Source: Guillardia theta CCMP2712 (Eukaryota > Protista > Cryptophyta). From it: a DNA stretch of 64,000 nucleotides. The notes below the pieces were generated by a model. The model was not told the DNA's origin, ran no database searches, and saw only the letters and a list, made by a program, of their open reading frames with translations. Both the position numbers and the translations under genes were made by a program. This document shows positions 1-12,079 of the stretch, piece after piece. Every line of letters begins with the position of its first letter. Position 1 is the stretch's first letter. The stretch lies in the NCBI RefSeq assembly GCF_000315625.1, contig NW_005434653.1, forward strand, positions 539,745 to 603,744. The letters run 5' to 3'.

Positions 1-141
1 GTCAACCCCACGCAAGACATGCATGGCTTCTGCTTGGAAGATTCTGTTGATAGGCCCCACCTAGACAAGCCCCCTGGTGACGAGTTCGCTGCTCTGTTTG
101 ATACTCACATGGACCCCAACGACTTAATGGTTGGAAATTAA
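1..141 (+). CDS. 3' end of an unknown gene entering the window
   Basis: Frame 1 is open from base 1 (VNPTQDMHGFCLEDSVDRPHLDKPPGDEFAALFDTHMDPNDLMVGN) to TAA at 139-141, followed by AT-rich sequence. No recognisable motif. Confidence 0.35.
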   Translation, partial: VNPTQDMHGFCLEDSVDRPHLDKPPGDEFAALFDTHMDPNDLMVGN

Positions 142-159
142 CTGTATATTGTTTGCTTT

Positions 160-432
160 AATGATCGCCGAGTCCGTTCAGGCGGCCGCAAACTTTGCCC
201 GGCCAGTGAGGCTTCGGAGCCCGAGGCCGCGGCTTCAACTTGGCTTCCAAGTCTTGGCTTCCAAGTTGACGCCGCAGTGACGGTCGGAGCTGCCATGATT
301 CAAGGACGGTCTGACTCTGTGAGCCTACTACCGGGTAGCAAGTTACCGTAGTACCGTACCGCGGGCCGGCGGCCCAGTCACGGTCACCGTCACTCACGGT
401 GCGCGACTCGTTGAAAAGTTCAACGGCCGACG
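160..432. repeat. CpG-rich dispersed element (copy 1)
   Basis: Dense in CCGG, GTCAC/GTGAC, GACTC, GTAC and CCGCGG words. Same vocabulary at ~31600, ~34400, ~38900 and ~59000. Confidence 0.55.
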
Positions 433-638
433 AGAGTCCTTACCGAATTGAGAACGATGACTCTATATATCTCTTATTATCTTAAAATCATTGTACGTAT
501 CTTTTTTTTGTTCAAACTAAAACTCATTTTGTTGTTTGGTAAAAACAAAAAAGAAAAGTCGTTCCTTTCACCACTCAGTTGTTTTTGTTTGACTACTCCG
601 GAAATAGATCCTGCTGTTTGACTCTCCCTGATCCAGGC

Positions 639-1218
639 ATGTTTGAAGTGCTCGCGGCAAGAAGGTGAGAAGGAGGAATAGAGACAAGAGGAGAGCAGAT
701 AAGAGCTGAGCAAGGAGAGAGAGGAGAGGAGGAAGGAGAGTGATGAGGGAGAGAAGAGAGGAGAGCAGATAAGAGCTGAGCAAGGAGAGAGAGGAGAGGA
801 GGAAGGAGAGTGATGAGGGAGAGAAGAGAGGAGAGCAGGAGAGAGTGTGATGAGAGCTAAGCATGGAAAGAGATCACAGAGAGGAAGGGAGAGAATGGGC
901 AAGAGGTCGGAATTAAGGATGCGTCCTTCAGCACTTGCCAGATGGTTTAGCAGGTGTCCTGACTTGAGTCGCAGCTTGGGCAGCGTTGGGGCTGTGAACG
1001 TCATGTATCCAGAGCCTTACTTCCTGTCGGAGAAGTCTCATCGACGGGAGGGAGTGACAAAATCTTCTTGCAACAACGTCACCGACATGGTCGGCAAAGG
1101 CTGTATGGTCCCATCGGGATATGCCTACGGCATTGGAACCAACCGCCAAACGTTCGGTGGCGATTACGGTCCCGAGACCTACAATGTTGGTGACATCTGG
1201 GGCGGACGACAGGAGTGA
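639..1218 (+). CDS. Small hypothetical protein (~89 aa), join(639..664,975..1218)
   Basis: ATG TTT GAA GTG CTC GCG GCA AGA AG|gtgag...gcag|C TTG GGC splices in frame to MFEVLAARSLGSVGAVNVMYPEPYF...GDIWGGRQE*. The intron holds a purine-rich tandem repeat. Confidence 0.6.
688..838. repeat. 70-bp purine-rich tandem repeat (~2.2 copies) in intron
   Basis: gagcagataagagctgagcaaggagaga... recurs at 693 and 763. Confidence 0.85.
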
Positions 1219-1303
1219 TGGGCGCTTGCTCGTTTCACAACTGACCAATCGCTGGGCAAAAACTCAATTGGATCTTTGGGATGGTTTTAATATACAGCTC
1301 TTG

Positions 1304-4016
1304 TCATTGACCTTTGATCTCTGAAACAATAAAATTCAAGGGGATCGCTACAGTTGCTCCCAACGAAACGCCCAGCAGCAGAGCGACCTGTGGAAGACTA
1401 TCAGCTTCTCCTCTTTTTGACTCTTCGTGTTGCGTGCTAATACCACCATGATGTACCCCGCATGCTCTCGTTCTCTGACAGATCCGATGTCTGTTGATGC
1501 AGCAATCGGCTTGAATCTGATGAACAAGAATTTCGAGCGATACCTGGATTGAAGGACAAGCAAGCTTGTGGAGCGTAAGTCATACATACAACGGAGAGAG
1601 CTCCGTTTGAGTATCCTAAAGCCTTCGGAAACAATCAGACAATCCCTGGCAGCAAAGCTTCTTCTGCCAGCATACAGCAGTCGTGAAAAACAGCATAAGA
1701 TCACTGCGTATTGCATCGCCCCCTGCGAGTGATTGTCAACAAATTCTTGATACTCAAAGGATCGATATGGTACCAAACACCATGAAGGAAGGAATGAAAA
1801 CAACTCTCAGGTACGACATTCCGAGCAGCTGAGCAGTCCTGTCACATCCAAAGAAAGCAAGTTCACTCTACTCAACTTGCCGTCGGCATTCCATCCTCAA
1901 TGATAGAGTACAACGAGCCTTTTGATTTTTTCCGGAAAAGTCGTGATATCGGAGCCCCCGTTGCATTGCCCAACGTGTCTGTTGCAGCATATATAGATAC
2001 GACGATTACCGATAGCCATCTGCGCCAATTAGTCGAGTTCGGCATTGCTGGTCCTTCCTTACCCTCTTGTCAATCCGAGTGTAGATCCTTCGACGTTTGT
2101 TGCCATTCCTGGGAAGACCGCCATCGTTGTAGCGTTGATGACGATCTAAGAGCGTGACTGTCATGACATAAACGAACAGTCTTTGATCAACCTGAGACCA
2201 AGCATATACTCCAACCTGCCAGCAATGCCATGTCACCGCACCTGGAGAGAACGATGGGCACAGGACCTGCTTCATTATTGCCAACTTTTCACCCCATCTC
2301 AGCGCACGATCAGGAGGCACTGGAGGGATATTCAAAGATATTGCGTATCCGACCTTGCTGACCAGTCAGATGAGTTCCAGAGGATTTGGTGTAGTTTACA
2401 GCTGCACAGATCAACGCGATCATGGAAGAGATAGCGAAGAAGGCAACTCCGGTATCGCTCTCGGAGAAGGTAGCCTTCGTCAAAATCCTAAACCCACAGA
2501 CCTGTCCAGGTTTCACGCAAGGAATGTCGAGACATGGGCACACAAGCAAGCCGGCGAATCCTTGACCCGCCTGCGCCGGAGTAGCGAGATCAACTGCAGA
2601 CGGAACGTGAGCTGGTCGCAATCAGAATGATGAATGTTGCTTTCCTCCTGCTTCTGAACGACTGCTGATTGAAGAAACAAATCCCCACAGAGATCCCTAG
2701 AGAGTCTCATGCTCATGGCTCAAGAGCAGAAGTTCCGAACCTCAATCACTCCACTCCCCATAGCCAGAATTCCAGCCAAGACAAACACCTTTGAATGTGA
2801 TGCATCACAAGAGCACAGACGGGATGAAGCAACAGACCAGCGTCCAGGCCATTCCTTCCGAGAGTCTGTCGATTGCGGCAGGAATACACAACAACATGGT
2901 CGAGACAAGAAGGAACCCAACCCCAAACCGGAACGAGAAGCTAAACTTTGCTCCCTCCTGCACTATCTCTGTCATCCTCGGAAGTTCCGAAGGCATTTGG
3001 TCTGTTCTCACCTGACTGATCAGTAGCAAAGTCACGAGCGTCGCCACCTGGAGGTTTCAAGTCATCGAACCCTCGGGGTCAACTTTCAGCAAATGGCACC
3101 TCAAACAACCAGGTGAACCACACGGCGGCGCTGGGACTACCAGGAAACGACAGACGAAAATAATCTACAGCTGCAAGCAAGCTGAAACATCGATGAGAAA
3201 TTCATGCACACACGTCAAATCAGCTTCCCAAACCTATTCCAAGCAACCAGTGTTCCTGGTAATCAAGAATCACACTTAGAAGCAATGGACAACTTGACGC
3301 ACCCGTTCCCAGCAGGAAGACCGAGAAGGACATCAGCGAGGTGGAGTGTTCTGCTTCGGTTGGAAAGCAGGAATTCACAACGGCATGCAAAGGCTCGAAG
3401 CATTCTCACCGTGGTCTTCACCACTTGGTTTCCTTGCTTGAAGGAGTTGAAAAGGATCTTGATTCGCATAAGACAGTCGATCGTACGGTAGCTCATGGTG
3501 GTTCGATTTGGCCAGGAGTGCATCTCTACAAGACAGGCAAAAAGAGAGACTATTATCACTTAAGTCTTTACACTCCCTCCAACTTCTTCACCTCCCCCCA
3601 TTCTCCCCTACCTTCACCCCCTCCCCTACCTTCACCTTCACTCCCTCCCCTACCTTCACTCCCTCCCCTACCTTCACCCCCTCCCCTACCTTCACCCCCT
3701 CCCCTACCTTCACTCCCTCCCCTACCTTCACCCCCTCCCCTACCTTCACTCCCCTCCCCTACCTTCACCTTCACTCCCTCCCCTACCTTCACTCCCTCCC
3801 CTACCTTCACTCCCCCCCTACCTTCNNNNNNNNNNNNNNNNNNNNNNNNNNNNNNNNNNNNNNNNNNNNNNNNNNNNNNNNNNNNNNNNNNNNNNNNNNN
3901 NNNNNNNNNNNNNNNNNNNNNNNNNCCCCCCCCCCCCACCCCCACCACCACCCCACCTTCCTCTGCTCCTCTCCACTCCCCTCCGTCTTTCACCTCTCGC
4001 CCGCCTCCTTCCGCAT
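1304..4016 (-). CDS. Equilibrative nucleoside transporter (ENT/SLC29 family), multi-exon
   Basis: Spliced reading gives the TM1 signature [24 protein letters not shown], then [25 protein letters not shown], and C-terminal [11 protein letters not shown]...[28 protein letters not shown], all typical of ENT. Probable start MRKEAGER at 4016; intron 1 spans the N gap. Confidence 0.8.
3595..3825. repeat. 18-bp pyrimidine minisatellite (ccttcacYccctccccta)n running into an assembly gap
   Basis: Direct reading. It lies in ENT intron 1. Confidence 0.9.
3826..3925. other. Assembly gap (100 N)
   Basis: Run of N. Confidence 1.
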
Positions 4017-4052
4017 CGCCCACTGAGCGGTCGCTATGCACAAACTTTTAAA

Positions 4053-4960
4053 TTAACTTATATTTACATGAATAAAAGTGAGTCCACCTCGGAACATCTG
4101 ATTAGATTCTAACAAAAGACAGCAGGATGATATTACTACAAGGACAACCCCTGCCTCGAGGGCGGCGGGAGTCCTGTCCCCGCTCAACTTGATCGAGGGA
4201 TGACTAGTTATATAGTCTTCATCACTGTGTGATGATTCTATGTGATCCACGAGCTGGTGAGTCCCAAACGCTACCTTGGTTTGTGTAATGTTTGATGTTC
4301 GAAGAACTGATCTTCCTAGTTGGGCTCGATCAGCCGAAGGCTTGAACGAGGGGGTCCTTCTTTGTTGCTTCTGGTAGTATGGATGATCCTTAAGTTTCAT
4401 GCATTGTAAGACCATGAAAAAGTGATCTTGCATGGTTACACCGCACCTTTGTGATGGTAGCACAGAATGCTCAAATCGTGAACAAACAGTAAGCATTCTC
4501 AGCAGGCAATGATGTCACTGATCAATGATCCGTTGAACTAACCTGCAGGTTTGTGACAGTCTTGAGTGCTGATCGCAGAGGTCGATTGATAAGTTTAGAA
4601 CTTTAGCAATTTTAAACGCTATGAAGTCACTATTGACTATCCTGAGTCTTGTTCACTTGCATTAAAAGATGAGGGAAATTGAGACTTGTACTGATACCAG
4701 AAGCAACAAATCCAAGAAGAGTTTGATTAACCAGCGATCATACAATTATCTCCGAGTGAGCACACTAAAGTACTCGATGACTTCATTAGAGCAAATTGCA
4801 ATTTTGCGATCGATCGAGAGAGCCAGCGAAAGAGGCTGAGAGAATTTTTGATCAGTCGATACGCACATCTTCTTGGTGGTGCTGAGCTGGAGCAGTCCTG
4901 AACCAGAAGGATCGATCTACTTGATGTTGCCCACCTGTTGTCGAATACTTGCTGCTCCAA
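4053..4960 (-). CDS. Possible multi-exon hypothetical gene (unresolved)
   Basis: Coding-like minus-strand segments (LKDHPYYQKQQRRTPSFKPSADRAQLG...) with candidate splice sites. No recognisable domain. Confidence 0.25.
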
Positions 4961-6674
4961 CCTCTACATCACATCGTTGTTGATGTTCACATGCTGGGCG
5001 TTTGTTTTTTTTAAATCACCGCGGAGGTAGTAAAAAGTCTCATGTACCCTAGGTTTTATTGAGGGAAAAATGGGGGGTAGGGGGACTCTCGGTGTTGGCC
5101 GATGTCACATCCCCAGGCGCAAATTAAGTTGATCGACCCTTTTGTCACCGAATAACACTTTGCTGTCAACCGGCACCCCTGGGTCGTGACGTGCGCTTCG
5201 AGGACGTGAACCTGTGATGTTGTGCTGTTGGTGAGATCACAGACAAGATGTTTTCACCTGTCACAGAAAACATCTCCTTGTTTCCAAGAATTGCATGCAA
5301 GACGAGCAGCTATCTTGTTTAAAGTTATGTCAAAAATAATGACTTTGCTCTCCTTTGGTAGGTTGGCGCACGTGTGTTGCAACTAAATGAGCAGCTGTCA
5401 TGCATGTGCTTGAATGGCCTAGTCAAATACTGCATTGTATTGTACCTTTCGGCATCAATGATTCAAGAATCTATTGTGCAAATCGCTCCTGGACAACAAA
5501 ACAATTACACACATTCGTGTCTAGTCTGTTTTGATGATCACGTGTTTGACAGCTAAAGGATCCACGCTTCTTCTTCTGCCTTCGTAACTTTCAGTGAGAT
5601 GTTTCATTAGTGTATTCCTCGAGGGATTGTGAACAGATAGTATATGAGCGACGGAAAGGATCGTTGGTCAGGACAGCATGGCGATTCGACATCCAAGTCG
5701 GTTTCTGTTGTCACCTTGGCAATAAACTTTCAAGTCTGTTCTCAGTTCATATAGGATGAAGAGCAGCAAGCATCACACAGCTATCACTAGTTCATTCAGT
5801 GTTGTCGATTACGATATGACATTGTGAGTGAGGGAGTAGCATACATCAGTGACTTCAATGTGGAGGTAAGGAGCGTTTTGATCCACCGCATGATTCAAAC
5901 CGATAGATGCACTGCTTTCAGGCACACTCTGGAAGTTCCGAAGCACCGGGTCGGAGTGGCATTGGTTGTAAAATCGTTGCGTTTTTGCATCGTTTCCGGT
6001 GAAACCCGAGCCAAGTGTCTTGTCCCCTCCCTTCCCTTTGGAGCTCGCTCGCACTATATTTCACCACCCCGTAGTCTTAAATCTACAACCTTACTTGCGC
6101 AAGTACATTCACTGCAAAGTGGCGGAATGACTATTGCCAACAACCCCACCCCTAAGTCTACTTTACACAGGTTGTTAGTAGGTGGGGTCACGGAGTCAGC
6201 AGCGGGACAACGAACCGAATTTTTTTAAACCCTATTAAATAAGTAAAATGTTTGGTACTGAGGAATTCCGTCAGGCTGCTGTCATGAACTCAATCCGAAT
6301 AGCCAAAAGGACCCACCCCCCGTCCCGAACCGCTGTGCCGGAGAATTTTCATCCTCTGCCAGATTTTCCTTCAAGATCTTTGAATTGATTTCAAAATCTG
6401 ATTGGAATGTTTTACAAAACATAGCTTGAATGTCGACACCTGGGGCAAAGGGGTCTCTATTTTATAATGTTTTATATTGCTTTTGGTTCTTTTTTTTTTT
6501 TCACCCTGCGCCAACATGTAAAGAGGACACCACCCCTAGGATTGTCCCACAAAGTACCCACCCCAAGTAGGCCCTGCTGAGCTGCGTCAAACCTCTCACG
6601 AGCACGGATAACAGCGCAAGGCTCCCACCACCACCAGATCCTTCGTGGACAAGCAGCAAGCCCAACAAACAGAC

Positions 6675-7702
6675 ATGGTCCGTCCCACAGCTTCTGACCA
6701 CAACAAGAGCATCTTCGCTAAGACCATTCTCGCGAAAGCAAGCCCCTCCTCGTACGTCTGCAGAAGCGGATGTTGGTCCATCTACTCCGTGCTCAAGGCC
6801 TGCTGCCCTTCCGTGATCCGTAGCGACGACCCCTACACGGGACGGAGCGGGATGACGGAGATGGAGTTCAGCAAGGTGCTGGAGAAAAGCGGCATGAAGA
6901 AGGTCCGAGCGAGGAAGACGATGTTCAAGCGCGACGACGACCGGTGGAGCTCGTATGGTGAGGAAGCCGCACACAAGCGGACGGGCTATGGGGGAGATTG
7001 GGAGAGGAGAGGAAAGGGGGGGGGCAAGGTGACCAAGTACGGGGCAGGAAGAGGAGGGGAGGATGCTACGGGGGCATGGGGAAGGAGGCGGGGAGGGTCA
7101 GAAGATAGCTTGGCATGCGTGAGCGGCTTGTTGACTGACGTGTTTGTTGAGCAGTGCGATACCTGTACGCGGGATGGAGATGGAGGAGCCCCGCAGAGCC
7201 TGAGGATCGCGAGGAGCTGGTGCGAGGCTGGGAGCAGATTGCCAGCATCTCGGGGCCGTTTGCGAGGCAGTGCCCGCTTGATCGGTTCCTGGACATCTGC
7301 GAGCTTTCCCGGCACGAGTGGGAGCAGTTCACGGGGGTCGTGCCATGCCGAGACACGGAGGGCGACGTCAAGGACGAAGAGCTTGGCTGGGCAGGAGACG
7401 CCTCGAGGAAGCGGCCGCGGGAGGCGATGATGTTTGAGGAGGAAGAGGAGTACGGGGAGGGGTTTCACATCCCGCTGGGCATGGAAGGGTGGGACGATGG
7501 CGAGGAGAGGAGGGAGAAGCGGGCAACCTACACGGACATCAGGAGGGAGGAAGGAGAAGGGGAGGATGGGCAGAGGGCGAGGGGGATATGCGAGGAGATC
7601 GAGGAAGCTCTGGCGGAGGAGAAGGGCATCGAGCCCAGGGACATTCAGAAGTACCTCTTTGGGTCCGAGTCCCTGCACACTTTCTGTTGTTCCCTCGTGT
7701 GA
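6675..7702 (+). CDS. Hypothetical lineage-specific protein, tandem paralog A, join(6675..6957,7155..7702)
   Basis: MVRPTASDHNKSIFAKTILAK...DDRWSSY|VRYLYAGWRWRSP... with a gtgagg..gcag intron. Near-identical copy 2079 bp downstream. Confidence 0.75.
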
Positions 7703-8687
7703 TTCTTGAATTCTTTTTTTCATAATTCGCAGTTTTTTGTTTGCGAGTGATTTTGATACTAACCAATACATTGTATTAACACATTATTTTCATTTGTCTC
7801 TTTTCTTGCAACTAAATTATCCGCTCGTTGCATTCATCCATACACTATCAGAAATTAGCTTTTGAGTAGCAATTTTGACATGTTCAACATGTTTAAATGC
7901 GCTTTGCAGGTCCTGCCACAGGTACTGTCTTCAATTGCTGCAAGTATTTTGATTCTTTTCGAGTAGTGTTTTAAATTCATAACATTTCATCCTGTCATGA
8001 TATCTAGCCACAGATATCGAGGCGAGTTGGGAAGGCACATGCCAAATCAGGTGACTCTACTTCCAGCCATCCAATCATGGGTTATCAGGTCATCACATAT
8101 TCAATGCAGTTGCCTCAAGCACGAGCAAGTGGAAGGAAGCAGCAAGGCAAAAGCTGCATCAAGGTCTTGATGATGGGGAGTACCTAATCTAATGAAGGCA
8201 TTCCGTACCTGACACTTGCTCACAAACACCACAGGATACTTGATGGATGCAGATCTCTCGGAACGAACTGGATATGCTTGTCATTCAACCAAGGTGTGGA
8301 TGAACTTCGGTTGTGACAGACGGCAAACAGTTCAAATCTGTGCTTTCTTCTCTTCTCGCATCAGAATGACGGAGGATGGGTATCGTCTCGCTCTCAAAGT
8401 CATCACACGGAGCCATACCAGAAGCTCTTCGGTCGCATCGCCATCTCTTGTCAGTTGGCTCTCCTCAATGACGGCAGTCGCTCCGCGGCGATTTGAGGCC
8501 ATGGCCAACAACTCATTTCCGTCGGTACCGGATTTGCCCGGTATCACCAAAACACAACGATTGGAATCTTATTCTTTACTACACACTGAGAGTTCTTTTT
8601 TTGGTTGTAAATAGTCGGATCCTTCCCTCTTTCACCTTTTTCTTCTTCCCAGTTCCTTGCTTACCCTTGCCATCCTCGGAAAGAAAC

Positions 8688-9802
8688 ATGGTCCGACCCA
8701 CAGCTTCTGACCACAACAAGAGCATTGGCTTGCTCTTCGCTAAGACTGTATGCCCTCATATCCCATAGTCAGTGTTCTTCCCACTTACTGACATGTCCAA
8801 ATAGATTCTCGCGAAAGCAAGCCCCTCCTCGTACGTCTGCAGAAGCGGATGTTGGTCCATCTACTCCGTGCTCAAGGCCTGCTGCCCTTCCGTGATCCGT
8901 AGCGACGACCCCTACACGGGACGGAGCGGGATGACGGAGATGGAGTTCAGCAAGGTGCTGGAGAAAAGCGGCATGAAGAAGGTCCGAGCGAGGAAGACGA
9001 TGTTCAAGCGCGACGACGACCGGTGGAGCTCGTATGGTGAGGAAGCCGCACACAAGCGGACGGGCTATGGGGGAGATTGGGAGAGGAGAGGAAAGGGGGG
9101 GGGCAAGGTGACCAAGTACGGGGCAGGAAGAGGAGGGGAGGATGCTGCGAGGGCATGGGGAAGGAGGCGGGGAGGGTCAGAAGATAGCTTGGCATGCGTG
9201 AGCGGCTTGTTGACTGACATGTTTCTTGAGCAGTGCGGTACCTGTACGCGGGATGGAGATGGAGGAGCCCCGCAGAGCCTGAGGATCGCGAGGAGCTGGT
9301 GCGAGGCTGGGAGCAGATTGCCAGCATCTCGGGGCCGTTTGCGAGGCAGTGCCCGCTTGATCGGTTCCTGGACATCTGCGAGCTTTCCCGGCACGAGTGG
9401 GAGCAGTTCACGGGGGTCGTGCCATGCCGAGACACGGAGGGCGACGTCAAGGACGAAGAGCTTGGCTGGGCAGGAGACGCCTCGAGGAAGCGGCCGCGGG
9501 AGGCGACGATGTTTGAGGAGGAAGAGGAGTACGGGGAGGGGTTTCACATCCCGCTGGGCATGGAAGGGTGGGACGATGGCGAGGAGAGGAGGGAGAAGCG
9601 GGCAACCTACACGGACATCAGGAGGGAGGAAGGAGAAGGGGAGGATGGGCAGAGGGCGAGGGGGGTATGCGAGGAGATCGAGGAAGCTCTGGCGGAGGAG
9701 AAGGGCATCGAGCCCAGGGACATCGCGAGGCTTTTCTCAGATGAAGGTGGACATTCCCTTTTGCATTCCGGCCCAGCATTCTTCGTAGATTTGAAATGGT
9801 AA
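8688..9802 (+). CDS. Hypothetical protein, tandem paralog B, join(8688..8747,8805..9036,9234..9802)
   Basis: Same protein as paralog A with an additional 57-nt gtatgc..atag intron and a different C-terminus. Confidence 0.75.
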
Positions 9803-9958
9803 AAGACAACTGTGCGTACTCAATGCATTCATGTGTGAATAGTACTTTGATTGAGTGTTGCTGTTCTAGAATCTTTGGATTCTGAGAGGCCACATCTTTA
9901 TAGTCTTGTAACGGCTGTATGCATGTAGATGACCTTCCTTTGTTTTCTTTCCTCTGTG

Positions 9959-11612
9959 TCATTGAATAGCTTCTGTCTTGACGGTGACATTGAGCACCTG
10001 TGTCCTTCTCTGCCCTGCTCGCACCACCTTCATGCTGATCCTCCGACCGACCTGCCACCAGATTGAGGAGGAGCGCACAGCTCTGCTTCGATCACCTCGT
10101 CGCCAAGCATGTTGTAGATCTGTCCAGCTTCAACAATCGGACTGTGGAACATCTCAGTCGTCTCATTCTGCCACAACCCTCGGAAAGCTCCGAAACAAAG
10201 AACGCATACCTTCCGTCGACCTCCTGTATGATGTCTCCTCCCTGTAGACCTGCCTTAGAAGCCGGTGAGCTGGGAGAGACCTGGGAACGCAACCAATCAT
10301 GCTCAGTGCAATCAGGGGAAGCACTACATCAGTGATGATAACGCCTCTCTTAAGCTCAGGAGGAAACCCAGGGATTGACGAGCGAAGTTCAGCAAGAACC
10401 TTCAAATGGCGTGTGACTCTCAGGTAAGGGAAAAACTCACTCAGAAGCCAAAACAGAATGAAACAGGGTTGCAGTGAATACATGAACCTCCCATAACAAG
10501 ATCGTCAAAGAGATCCAATTATGCCATCGTCACACCGGTATCGTCCACTGCTATACTCTCGACCATTCAGTTAGTGTACCATCGGGCTAATCGTGGCGAT
10601 CTTCATCCCCAGGTGAGGGCGCCTTACACATCCATACTTCTGCATCTGGCGGACCATGTCCATCGCCTGCGTGAGAGCATGTCAGAGCAGCAAGAGAGCT
10701 TAGCTCAAGGAACTTGACCAGGTCAATGGGGATGGCAAAACTGATGCCGTCGAGGTAGGCAGCTTTCATGGTGCTGATACCGACGACTTCTCCATCCAGA
10801 TTGATCAGCGGGCCGCCGCTGTTTCCCTGGTTGATGGCAGCGTCTGTCTGGATGTAAGACATTCTCCTCGCCCCTAGCCCCAGCTCAGAGCTCTGCCTCA
10901 GCAGCGCACTGACTATCCCAACCGTAACCGTGTCCTTCAGCTCCCCCGGACTGCCATAGGCGATGATCCACTCTCCCACTCTCAGGTCGCTGGACTTGCC
11001 CAGCGTCGCTGCATGCAGCGACTTGCCCCCTTTGATCTTCACGATCGCCACGTCGGAGAGCGAGTCGTAGTTTTCCACCCGCCCAACCAGCTGCTGCCCG
11101 TCCTGGAGCGTGACCAGCACCTCGGAGCTTCCTTCGACGACATGAGCATTGGTCAAGATGGTCCCGTCGGAGTCGATGATGAATCCGCTCCCTGCGACCC
11201 CGACCGTCATCCACATCTCATTCTTGGTGCAGGAGATGCTGACGACGCTGGCAGCTACTCGCTCTACGGCGTCGGAGATGGTGTAACGAAGCTGCTGCCG
11301 GAAGCTCGGTCCTCCACTGTCACTCATGGCCTCACACATCGAAGTGTGCGATCGTGACAGCGAAGCTAGAGCAACATTCGATCCCACACCAAGCGCGACC
11401 CCCCCAAAGATTGCCCTACCAGCCCACATCCTCTTGTCAGCGCGATGAGCCTTTGCTGCTGCTCGATAAGAGAAAGATTTCGAAGAGGAGCCGAAGGGCA
11501 AGAAAGAGGAGGAGAAGGAAGACGAGGAGGACGAGGACGAGGACGAGGACAAGGACAAGGACGAGGAGGGGCAAACCATTCTCAGCCACCTTGCGGCTAA
11601 CGAACGCTGCAT
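9959..11612 (-). CDS. HtrA/DegP-family serine protease with PDZ domain (HTRA2/Deg14-like, probably mitochondrial)
   Basis: GSGFII, ILTNAHVV (His), SDVAIVKI (Asp), IQTDAAINQGNSGGPL (Ser). PDZ exons GVIITDV|VSPSSPASKAGLQGGDIIQEVDG. Arg/Ser-rich N-terminal presequence. Confidence 0.92.
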
Positions 11613-12079
11613 GATTCCTCTCTCCTCTAACTCTCCCAGAAAATTCGTTCCTTTCCCTTCCATGACAAACCCACGAGTCGCACTAATACGAGGGGTAGCA
11701 GTCTCTTCTGCCCTAGAATTATTCCTATATGTTGCACCCTGCCTCAGAACATCCCTGCCTTCCGGGGATACTTGCCGGGCCCGGTCAAATGGTTGGCCCA
11801 CCTCCCATCTCAGTCCCACTACAGGTTCGGGATGTCCCCTCATCCCCGCGCAGGCAGCAGCAAAAATAGGGAAATCTATGGGCATGGCAGGTTCTGGAAA
11901 ATAGAGGGAGGCAGCAGCGCGATGGAGGAGGAGGAGGAGGAGAGGCAGAGATGGTGAGGCTGGGTCAAAGTGCTGTGAGGGTGCTCAGAACTTGGGAAAG
12001 TGTACGGGAGTTTGGGAAGGAAGGATAAGGAGAGTGGGAGCGTGCATTGGAAAGTAAGGAATTCCTGTGACTAGGCAAC

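Noticed and set aside
7800-8620. Short ORFs between the tandem paralogs
   Set aside because: No motif and no consistent spliced model could be built.
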